From positions 1 to 64,000 of IMG/VR virus record IMGVR_UViG_2908369612_000002: a stretch of 64,000 nucleotides of DNA. One strand, 5' to 3'. A program made the position numbers and the translations under genes. This document shows positions 20,911 to 29,204 of this stretch, piece after piece. The stretch comes from a virus (taxonomy: Duplodnaviria; Caudoviricetes). Position 1 is the stretch's first letter. Each line of letters starts with the position of its first letter. The notes below the pieces were generated by a model. That model did not search any database, was not told the DNA's origin, and was given only the letters and a program-made list of their open reading frames with translations.

Positions 20911-21345
20911 TTATTCAATTAGCTCTGTATTGCGATAAATGTCCCCAATGACTTCGACTTCATCAAACCATTTGATAAACGAATGTATATCAAACGTACG
21001 GTTGCTTTTCACACCACCCACTCTGTTAATGAACAATTCTTCAAAATCCTTAATATCAAAGACAAACGATAAGTCAAATTTGACTTGACCCTTATAAACC
21101 TTCCCTGATCTATGTTTTGCTGTAAAACCATCTCCCTCATAAAGCTCTGTACCGTTCTTGTCCTTTAAACCGGTATATTGCATTTTGTGACAACAAGGAA
21201 AATAATTAAATTGATCACACTCCTCTGTATTTTCTGGAATTGAATATGGTATTCCCTCTGGTGTAATCCCTACTTCATATATCATCTCTTGAGAGTTTTC
21301 ATCCCAAGCTCGAAACTTAATTTCTCTAATTCCATCTCTCCTCAT
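20911..21345 (-). CDS. YopX-family protein
   Basis: REIKFRAWD, MQYTGLKDKNG.E.YEGD and EVIG.IY motifs. Confidence 0.88.
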   Translation of the reverse strand: MRRDGIREIKFRAWDENSQEMIYEVGITPEGIPYSIPENTEECDQFNYFPCCHKMQYTGLKDKNGTELYEGDGFTAKHRSGKVYKGQVKFDLSFVFDIKDFEELFINRVGGVKSNRTFDIHSFIKWFDEVEVIGDIYRNTELIE

Positions 21346-21375
21346 TAACTCTCTATAAAATAAATTAACTTTTAT

Positions 21376-21747
21376 TCAATTACTCAAAAGCTTAGGATTT
21401 TCGTAAATATTCCCGATAACTTCACCATGTTTGACTTCTTCCCACTGCTGAGCAAACTCCTCGATGCCCAATAGAGGAGCATCTTTATCTCCAATTACAA
21501 AAGGATCAAATAGGTATCCGCCGAACTCTGCTGAGAAAACACATCGGTATGCGCAGCCTCTAATTTTCATATAAGATGTTTGGATGATATCCCCCTCATA
21601 AATCTCACGACCGTTCATATCCTTCATTCCTGTGTATTGCATGAGGATGTTTTTCTTACAATGACTAGCCGTTGGTTGTTTTAAGGTAAATTCATAAAGC
21701 ATCTCTTTTTTATCCTTAATCCACGAACGGAATTTAATTTCTTTCAT
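21376..21747 (-). CDS. YopX-family protein
   Basis: EIKFRSW, MQYTGMKD.NGREIYEGD and EVIGNIYENP motifs. Confidence 0.88.
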   Translation of the reverse strand: MKEIKFRSWIKDKKEMLYEFTLKQPTASHCKKNILMQYTGMKDMNGREIYEGDIIQTSYMKIRGCAYRCVFSAEFGGYLFDPFVIGDKDAPLLGIEEFAQQWEEVKHGEVIGNIYENPKLLSN

Positions 21748-22190
21748 TCTACCTCCTCCAAAAGCTCAGGATCTTCGTAAATGTTACCTATGATTTCAAT
21801 TGAATCGTATTCAAGAAGTGACATTTCTTCTTCGTAATCGGAAATCAGATGGCAGCCGAATTCGTCTTTTTGATTGGGTTGAATTGCCTCAGCATAAAAT
21901 CCTATACATTCTGTCGGGCTATATTCTGCGCCGCTTCCATCCTGATTGTAATTTCCGAATTTCACAATAGCTTTAAAAGATTTGTATGCCTTGAATACCT
22001 CTATCACATCCCCCTCATAAATCTCCCGGCCGTTTTTCGTGTCCTTTAATCCGGTGTATTGCATCCATGAACTGTATTTTTCATTTTCATCATTATCATC
22101 AAGTGCTGCCATCTGGAACTGTTTTATATGATCCCAATAGTGCATAACTTTTTTCTTTTTTGAATACATCCGAAATTTTATTTCTCTCAC
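21744..22190 (-). CDS. YopX-family protein
   Basis: REIKFR, MQYTGLKD..NGREIYEGD and EIIGNIYEDP motifs. Confidence 0.88.
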   Translation of the reverse strand: MREIKFRMYSKKKKVMHYWDHIKQFQMAALDDNDENEKYSSWMQYTGLKDTKNGREIYEGDVIEVFKAYKSFKAIVKFGNYNQDGSGAEYSPTECIGFYAEAIQPNQKDEFGCHLISDYEEEMSLLEYDSIEIIGNIYEDPELLEEVE

Positions 22191-22216
22191 TATACCCCTC
22201 CTTAATCTTTAACTGG

Positions 22217-22522
22217 TTATGCGTTCAGAACTCCGCTCCAGTCATTAAATTCTTTAATGTCTTCATCTTTTTTCTTTTTTACCATTTCATCTGCTTCTAC
22301 TTTTCCAATAATGTATTTAACCTTATCAACTAGCGTCAATCGCTTTAAGGGAGAAGGAACATGTAATAAAGGCATCCCATTACCTGCAGCCAGCGTACTT
22401 TTCGTAATAACATCCTTAACCTCCCATTCTAGAATCCTCCATCCTGAGTCCTTTCCTTCTTCAACGAATAATTTAATTTCATATGTACCTCTAGGCGTTG
22501 TAATCTTCTTTGACAAGTTCAC
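22217..22522 (-). CDS. Hypothetical phage protein
   Basis: 101-aa ORF coupled to the upstream gene. Confidence 0.6.
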   Translation of the reverse strand: MNLSKKITTPRGTYEIKLFVEEGKDSGWRILEWEVKDVITKSTLAAGNGMPLLHVPSPLKRLTLVDKVKYIIGKVEADEMVKKKKDEDIKEFNDWSGVLNA

Positions 22523-22923
22523 AACAACTCACTCCTTTTAATGAGCTTCTTCCACCAGGAAGTTTTGATAAGCTTTTGTTTCAGACCAGCATTGCTTTTT
22601 ACTTGCTTCTCATTGAGGTCTTCGCATTCCTTCAAGCTTTTTTCATCTACAATTGTCTTAATCACTCTGTCAGTTTGGTATGTCCACTCGTTATGTATGT
22701 TTCGTTGTCTGTCAGTCACTATGACATATTCATTAAGTCCAGGGATATAAACTTTACCTCCAATTTCTATAGGGTCAATATCTATATGTCCCTCAAAGAT
22801 TGATTCAGTACGAGCAACCTTGCACACTGGCTGGGTAATCCACCTCTCTGTACCTGGTGCACGGTGTGCGTAATAATTTTCTTTCATAACCAATCCTTCA
22901 AACTTTGCTTTATGCCGTCCCAC
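22519..22923 (-). CDS. Hypothetical phage protein (YosD-like position)
   Basis: 134-aa ORF with RBS AAGGAGGTG. Confidence 0.65.
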   Translation of the reverse strand: MGRHKAKFEGLVMKENYYAHRAPGTERWITQPVCKVARTESIFEGHIDIDPIEIGGKVYIPGLNEYVIVTDRQRNIHNEWTYQTDRVIKTIVDEKSLKECEDLNEKQVKSNAGLKQKLIKTSWWKKLIKRSELL

Positions 22924-22956
22924 TCATTCACCTCCTTGCAAAAGATGTTTTTAACA

Positions 22957-23157
22957 TTACATTTCATTAAATGCTTTTATTGCCACCAAAAGTTGATTAG
23001 CTTCAACTTCTGCCATTTGATCTCCAATTTGCACCTTTACCCATGTATCTGGATAATCAATACTCTTACTTGCCATGAGTTTTAGAGTTTTTCTATTTAC
23101 TCCTCTTAAAGTGAATTCGGATGTAAAATCTCTCACAGTATGACCTTCCTTCTCCAT
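22957..23157 (-). CDS. Hypothetical protein
   Basis: 66-aa ORF. Confidence 0.5.
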   Translation of the reverse strand: MEKEGHTVRDFTSEFTLRGVNRKTLKLMASKSIDYPDTWVKVQIGDQMAEVEANQLLVAIKAFNEM

Positions 23158-23169
23158 AAAAATTGAATT

Positions 23170-23643
23170 TTAACCTAATCTCTCCAAAATAATTTTTAGA
23201 TAATCTTTGAAGTCGATAGGTGTAGCTTCTTCACCTTCTACACGTTTCTCATCTCTTACGCCAAAAAACCATCTATCACCTACCCACTGGCTTGCAGTTA
23301 TATTATTTCTTCCAAATACATCATGGCCTTTGAAAGGATTTACCTCTTCTATTTGCTCTAGCATAGACCTTATGTCTGTGAAATACTTAGAACGTTTTTT
23401 AAATGCGTAGAAGCCAGCTTTTGTGGGGTTTTTCACCACTTCATCTTTAAAGAAGTCATATGCTTCTGTTCCTGCACGAACCCCGAAATACTCGGAATGA
23501 TAAAACGAAAAACCTTTATTAATTCCATACGTTTCTTCGAATTTATCAAAAAATTTGTTAATATCCTCTCTTCGTTTCTTCTCAGTCTTATACCAATCGC
23601 TTTCTTGCTTAATCTCGTAAATTGGCGCATCTAATGTTTCCAT
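23170..23643 (-). CDS. Hypothetical phage protein
   Basis: 157-aa ORF with RBS AAGGAG. Confidence 0.7.
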   Translation of the reverse strand: METLDAPIYEIKQESDWYKTEKKRREDINKFFDKFEETYGINKGFSFYHSEYFGVRAGTEAYDFFKDEVVKNPTKAGFYAFKKRSKYFTDIRSMLEQIEEVNPFKGHDVFGRNNITASQWVGDRWFFGVRDEKRVEGEEATPIDFKDYLKIILERLG

Positions 23644-23742
23644 GACTCAATTCTCCTTTTTTGTTTATTCACCTAAAGACATCATTTGTTCCAATTTGTC
23701 GTATACTGCGCTTTCCCAGGAAATCATTTATATTTCCTTTCA

Positions 23743-23916
23743 CTATTTCAATTCCACCACTTCACACCAAGTTCTGAGTGAACTGTCTTTTTTTAAATTT
23801 AAAGCAGCTACACCAGCTGCATCTCGATATTGAAATTTAGCAACTGTTCCATTACTGTCTAGCATTTTTCCCACATATTCTTTTCCAGCCCAAACCTCTA
23901 CTGCGTACTTACTCAT
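23743..23916 (-). CDS. Hypothetical protein
   Basis: MSKYAVEVW... after GGAGAG. Confidence 0.55.
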   Translation of the reverse strand: MSKYAVEVWAGKEYVGKMLDSNGTVAKFQYRDAAGVAALNLKKDSSLRTWCEVVELK

Positions 23917-24058
23917 ATAACATCTCTCCATTCTAGATAAAAGGAATATTTTATCCTCTTATTTCATTTTTAAATACAGTTGCTTTTGACTCAGCGTATT
24001 AGCTGCATTCATTTTAAATTTTATCTTGTTGATGAGTTGTTCTCCTAACTTGTGTTTT

Positions 24059-24087
24059 ATTATATACTTATTTTTTATACTTGTCTA
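24059..24087 (-). promoter_or_regulatory. Repeated phage promoter/operator (SPBRE-like)
   Basis: TAGACA-agtataaaaaataagta-TATAAT. Confidence 0.75.
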
Positions 24088-24094
24088 TTGGTTT

Positions 24095-24277
24095 TTAAAT
24101 CATTTCTTTAATATTTTTTGTAATCACAGAAATCTTTATCAAATCCTTATCTATCCTGCTCCAAATATGCTTATCTTCAGGTCTAATAGTGTTTTCTAAA
24201 TAAACATAAAGCTTATCTAATATCTCTTCAACAGCATCAATATCATCAACTACAAGATCTCTGACAATATCCTTAAT
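24095..24277 (-). CDS. 60-aa protein (YorY-like) with an ATT start
   Basis: [23 protein letters not shown]... after RBS AAAGGAG. Confidence 0.55.
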   Translation of the reverse strand: MKDIVRDLVVDDIDAVEEILDKLYVYLENTIRPEDKHIWSRIDKDLIKISVITKNIKEMI

Positions 24278-24290
24278 GATACCCTCTCCT

Positions 24291-24518
24291 TTATGAATAT
24301 ATGGTTATGGCTTTTCCGTTGTCATTTTTTATGTACGGGGAATATTTTCGCTCTAGGTAATTCCTTGACGTTCCTTCCCCCAAACTAACATTATAAATAA
24401 CCCTTGCCTTATGTACGTCATATGCTTGTCTTTTTGCTTTCTCAGGTGTTAGCGCCTCAATAATAAGAGACGCATTTTCTCCTTTGTTGTCTTTACATCT
24501 TACATAATACTTTTTCAA
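24291..24518 (-). CDS. YorX-like protein
   Basis: 75 aa from TTG; synteny. Confidence 0.55.
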   Translation of the reverse strand: MKKYYVRCKDNKGENASLIIEALTPEKAKRQAYDVHKARVIYNVSLGEGTSRNYLERKYSPYIKNDNGKAITIYS

Positions 24519-24557
24519 TAAACATCCCTTTATCCTTTCATTTTTCATTGAAACAAC

Positions 24558-24929
24558 TTAATGAATCAAACCTCTATACGTATTTGGTTTAATACTGAAT
24601 TTATCAATCAGATTAGTTAACCGTTCAATTTCCTTGCTCATCGCATAACACTGATCAACATAAAACTTCTTTGGCATAATCACAAACTGCCCATCTTTAA
24701 AACCTTCTGCACCGGCTTCTTGCATTGCAGCAGGAAAGATATCGATCAGATTCCCTTTTTTAAAGCTCTCAATATACTCATCTACTGGAATAGTGTGCAA
24801 AACTTTATTTAATACTTCATTAGTCTTTTCATCGTTATGTACATAAATGCATTGTGTATGTGGTTCAATTGCTATAAAATCAAGAGCGTTTACTAAATCA
24901 ATTTTTTCTTGATCAGTTAACATACTCAC
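24558..24929 (-). CDS. YorW-like protein
   Basis: 123-aa ORF; synteny. Confidence 0.6.
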   Translation of the reverse strand: MSMLTDQEKIDLVNALDFIAIEPHTQCIYVHNDEKTNEVLNKVLHTIPVDEYIESFKKGNLIDIFPAAMQEAGAEGFKDGQFVIMPKKFYVDQCYAMSKEIERLTNLIDKFSIKPNTYRGLIH

Positions 24930-25144
24930 TCCCCTTTTAAGTACGGCTTGAAAAACTCACTTAAATTATCGACCATTGCTGCAGCAACTTCAGAATAATG
25001 TTTATGTCTTTTCTCCTCAGATTTTAAAAACTCAACTGTCGTTTCTGCAATTTCCTTAATCTTATCTTCTCTAAAATGCCCATTCCTAACTCTGTCTTTA
25101 ATCTCCTCTGTCTCTTTTTTTAAAGACTCAGGGTAGCTATTCAT
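24926..25144 (-). CDS. YorV-like protein
   Basis: 72-aa ORF; synteny after mtbP. Confidence 0.6.
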   Translation of the reverse strand: MNSYPESLKKETEEIKDRVRNGHFREDKIKEIAETTVEFLKSEEKRHKHYSEVAAAMVDNLSEFFKPYLKGE

Positions 25145-25186
25145 TATAAATCACCTCTTATTTTATATTTATATAAAAGACAAATT

Positions 25187-26501
25187 TTATTCAGATTCTT
25201 CATTAACGTATGTATGTATTAATTCTTTAAATATTGACTCAAGTACTGTCACTGTAATTGAGTTGCCGGCTTGCTTATACAATTGTGTGTTACTGATGCC
25301 TTCAGCAAAAACTTTTTCAAAATCTTCATCATCAAATGCCTGCAACCGGAAGCATTCTAAAGGTGTCAGTTTTCTAATTTTATATTTAGGTTGTTCCTCA
25401 ATAATTTTATGACCTTCTCCTTTATTGGTGGTAACAGTAGGACTTAATCCGTTTGAATCGTATACTTTCCCGTTCATTCCGTTACCGGATGGATTTAAGT
25501 TCCCGACACATTTAACTGCTATCTTAGGCTCTCTATGACCTCCTCCCATAGTTGTCAATGTTGGAGAAACTCCTTCTGGCGAGTAAACTCTTTTGATGGC
25601 ATCGTGACCTTTTAAATCCACTGTCCCACCATTACCGGTTCCCTTGTTTCTTGCTTTTGCTGCGGTGTGGCTCCCAGCTGCTCAACAAGTTTTTTCGTCT
25701 TTTCTTCATTTAAGTAATACTTTTCATCAACAAAATCCTCAAGAATTTCTCTCAACCTCTTTGTAACAGTGTCTTGTATAGGCCATTTAAAATTAAAACT
25801 CTTTATATTCAATTCTTGCAATCTCTTTTTAGCTTTACTCAGCACATCGTTTCGCTTTTATCTAAAAACCATTGTTCATTTTCAACTAAATCTTCCCTAA
25901 TGCAAATTATGTATATACGTTCCCGATTCTGTGGAACATTGAAAAACTTTGAATTAAGTAGCTCCAGATCAATTCTATAGCCAATACTGTTCATAGTCTC
26001 AATAATTATTCTTAACACTTGTCCATTGCAACTATTAATTAACCCTTTTACATTTTCTAATATCACAAATTTCGGTTTCTTCTCTTCTGCTAACAAAGCT
26101 GTTTCAAAAAAGAGCGTTCCTCGTTCATCCTTAGGCTTAGAAATAGCATTACACTCCGGGCATTTAACTCCCTTTTTATAATCTTCATAAGTAATTAAAT
26201 GCTCATGCGAACATTTGCTACACTTATATTCCATACCATCACGATCGCCTGCTACTGAAAAGGTGGGGCAAGGAAACCCACTTGTTAAAAATTCAAAGTA
26301 AGGAATTTCATTTTTCTTAACTTTACTTATGTCCCCAAAATTCAATGTTTCACTTACATTATGAATTGCACAATATGATTTAATTGCATATTTATCAATT
26401 TCACTAAAGCCAACCAGTTCATATTCAACCCCAATGTTTCTTAGTGCAACTTCAAATGCACCGATTCCACTAAAAAGACTCATTACTCGTAGTTTACTCA
26501 A
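25187..26501 (-). pseudogene. mtbP: Multispecific DNA C5-cytosine methyltransferase (MtbP/M.phi3T family), split by two -1 frameshifts (about 25857 and 25622)
   Basis: FSGIGA, FPC, ENVKG, QNRER, RKLTPLECFRLQ and YKQAGNSI motifs across three ORFs. Confidence 0.88.
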
Positions 26502-26549
26502 TAAACAACCTCCATATATTTTATTTTCATTCTAAATAAAATTGATCTT

Positions 26550-26669
26550 TTATTTAAATTTATTTAGCACCTTATTAATTTCTTTATTTGCTTCATTCAT
26601 TCTTTGATAAGCTTTGTGATGAATTGTAGACTTACATGCTACAGATAACCTTTTTAAAAAACTGTTCAA
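26550..26669 (-). CDS. 39-aa protein (YorT-like)
   Basis: TTG start with RBS AAGGAGG; the stop codon lies within a TAAAA-N6-TTTTA site. Confidence 0.55.
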   Translation of the reverse strand: MNSFLKRLSVACKSTIHHKAYQRMNEANKEINKVLNKFK

Positions 26670-26792
26670 TTAATTCCTCCTTTTCTTTAAAAGAGATATT
26701 TTAATCAGTTTCACAAACACTTCACACATTTCAAATATTTAACATGCTAGACTAGACTTGTAATCACAATCAAAACCTAGGAGGTAATTCTT

Positions 26793-27137
26793 ATGAACAA
26801 GTTTTACAAAGGATTGATTGTTTCAGCTTTATCAATTTCTGCATTGACTCTCCCATCTCTAACAACACATGCTTCTGCTCATGAACCGGTCAATACTGAA
26901 CAAGTTAAACAGCTCGGTGATCCTATAGCAACTGTTGATTTTCATATGTTAAGGAATTCCAATGTCCATTTGTTAAAAGGCTATACACGTTGGGAAATAG
27001 TATCTGGCAGCAATCTAATCAGTATAAGCTCAAGTGGTATTGTATCTTCTCATTCAGCTTTAGGTACTGCATTGGTATACGCCTATGACATCAACGACAA
27101 TTATGTGATTTATAAAATCACTGTTAATGCTCGTTAA
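26793..27137 (+). CDS. Secreted protein, antisense insertion
   Basis: Signal peptide ending ASA, RBS AGGAGG, followed by a hairpin. Confidence 0.75.
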   Translation: MNKFYKGLIVSALSISALTLPSLTTHASAHEPVNTEQVKQLGDPIATVDFHMLRNSNVHLLKGYTRWEIVSGSNLISISSSGIVSSHSALGTALVYAYDINDNYVIYKITVNAR

Positions 27138-27194
27138 TCATATAAAGGGGTGATTTTTCACTCCTTTCTTTAAAACGATTATTTTACCTAGTCT

Positions 27195-27692
27195 TTATCC
27201 AAATAAGTAAGTCAAATCCTCAACAATCTCATCGCTATCACATTGTCCTGTATCCCATGAATATGTATATAAGCCTGCATTGCTCATAACTTCTCTGTAT
27301 AAGCGTAAAATTGAATCAATATCTTTTCCTTCTATGTACTCATCACCTCGTATACTTAAGCGTTCCATAATAATTTTTGGATCAGCATGTAAGTACACAA
27401 CTTTCGCTTTCATTTTAATTTTATCCTCAATGATTCTAAGTTGCTGTTCTGTTAGGATAGAATAATCCTTGAACTTCCTCGCGTAAACCAAATTGGAATA
27501 AATAAACCGATCAATAATCACGTTGTCTTCATCAGCTAACTTGCTAAAGTGTTCAAAAAGCTTTTCGTTTCCGCTTGTGGCTAATTCAAAGCTTGATCCT
27601 TTGATGATTGGATACTTCAATTGTTTGCTCATCTTTATAGCAACTGTTGATTTAAAGCAGCAATCAGGCCCCTCTAAGATAATTAATGTCAT
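27195..27692 (-). CDS. yorR: Deoxynucleotide monophosphate kinase (YorR)
   Basis: ILEGPDCCFKST P-loop and IIDRF motif. Confidence 0.82.
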   Translation of the reverse strand: MTLIILEGPDCCFKSTVAIKMSKQLKYPIIKGSSFELATSGNEKLFEHFSKLADEDNVIIDRFIYSNLVYARKFKDYSILTEQQLRIIEDKIKMKAKVVYLHADPKIIMERLSIRGDEYIEGKDIDSILRLYREVMSNAGLYTYSWDTGQCDSDEIVEDLTYLFG

Positions 27693-27839
27693 TCATTCCC
27701 CACCTTTCTAACCTTGTGAAACCCTACTACTTGATATGTACCATCAGAATACTCAACTTCGACCTGACTGTATTTGTAATCTACTTTTGATATGACACCT
27801 TGCTCTTCAGCGAAATCAACAATAACTTTATCATTCACT

Positions 27840-28055
27840 TTAAGCATATAATTCATCTCCTTGGATTGGATTTAATTCATGTTCCTTAAAGAATGTAATA
27901 TCTCCTGTCTCGTCACTGACTGCGTAGTCGTATGTAGCTGAATGAAGAAGCTCAATAATTTTCCCTTTTCTTCCTACATGATGAGGGCATGTTCGTCTTG
28001 CGTTTTCATTTATTTTCACTATTAAGCCCAATGGATATGACCAGAATTTTGGCAA
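27840..28055 (-). CDS. yorP: YorP-family protein
   Basis: MPKFWSYP...CPHHVGRKGKII...YDYAV, 71 aa. Confidence 0.75.
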   Translation of the reverse strand: MPKFWSYPLGLIVKINENARRTCPHHVGRKGKIIELLHSATYDYAVSDETGDITFFKEHELNPIQGDELYA

Positions 28056-28448
28056 GTTATCACCTCCTTTCGATGTTAATTCCTCATTCTTCAGTAAATG
28101 ACAATTCAATTTGAAGATTATTTTTCATAGTTTGTCACCTTATTTTTTATTTTAAAAAAACAAGAAGAAACTTAAAGTTGATCACCTCCTAAAATATCAT
28201 CGATTTTCCGCTCATCATACGTGCCATCGTAATAGCAAAGTTCAAGACTATTTGTTTCAGGGTATATAGCTGCAATAATACCTGGCTCACCAGTCGATTT
28301 TACGTAGACTTCTTGTTCTAATTTAAACATCTATACCACTCTCTCTATGTATTATTTATATTGTCATATTTTTCTATGTATGTATTGCATCGTACGTGTT
28401 AACGAAATGTTTATATACTTCTTTCAATTGGACACATTTACCACATTT

Positions 28449-29192
28449 TTACCAATCGTTTTCCAGCACTTTCACACTTGCTTGCTGTCTTCCAAATGTT
28501 TTTGCTTCACTTTTTGTGTTCATTAGAATATCTATTCGGTTACTTTTGATATCCCCTCCAGTGTCAATTGCGTATGCTTGAAAGGTCCCTCCTTTATAAC
28601 TGACTTCAACCAAAGAATATAAAGGAATAAGGCTTGGATCTACAGCAATAATTCGTTTTCCTCTGTAATACGATGTATTTGAAACATCGTAGCCTGTCTT
28701 AGTTTTGCCGATGCAGCCTGTTGAACAAAAAGCAGTGTATGCAGTTGCCACAACATTAATAGAATGAGTGTTACTGTGTTCTTCTTCACGTTTCGTTACT
28801 CTTGTTCTGTTTAAATGATTATTTTTTACTTTTGAAGCTGGATTGGTTTGTGTTTTCGTAAATTTTTCTTTCTTTGGGTAAGAAATTTTCTCATAGATGA
28901 ATTTCTTTTGGCTTTCTTTCTGCTTATCCAATTTACTTTTTAATTTCGGAAGCGTGAAATTCCTTTCTTTTTTATGTGTAATCCTTTCAATAGTCTCTTT
29001 TTTGTTCTTATAAAATGACTCTTTTATCGAAACTTGAATGTCTTCTTCATCATCATCTTTTGCGATATTTTTAATGTTGAATACAACACCACCCGTTAAA
29101 ACAATAATGCTGGCTATAATTGTTATATTGTTAATATTATAATATACATATTTTTTATATTTGTCTATGAGTTTTTTGAAAATTTTCATCAC
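28449..29192 (-). CDS. yorM: 3D-domain (MltA-like) cell-wall enzyme with N-terminal TM (YorM)
   Basis: ATAYT, IAVDP..IPL and AIDTGGDIK..RIDI motifs. Confidence 0.85.
   Translation of the reverse strand: MMKIFKKLIDKYKKYVYYNINNITIIASIIVLTGGVVFNIKNIAKDDDEEDIQVSIKESFYKNKKETIERITHKKERNFTLPKLKSKLDKQKESQKKFIYEKISYPKKEKFTKTQTNPASKVKNNHLNRTRVTKREEEHSNTHSINVVATAYTAFCSTGCIGKTKTGYDVSNTSYYRGKRIIAVDPSLIPLYSLVEVSYKGGTFQAYAIDTGGDIKSNRIDILMNTKSEAKTFGRQQASVKVLENDW
29139..29167 (-). promoter_or_regulatory. Repeated phage promoter/operator (SPBRE-like) within the 5' end of yorM
   Basis: TAGACA-aatataaaaaatatgta-TATTAT. Confidence 0.6.
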
Positions 29193-29204
29193 TCCATGAT
29201 TGTT

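Noticed and set aside
22939-22953. Additional N6 site
   Set aside because: CAAAA-GATGT-TTTTA has a 5-bp spacer and a mismatch, so it was not counted. The site near 21356 is similarly ambiguous.
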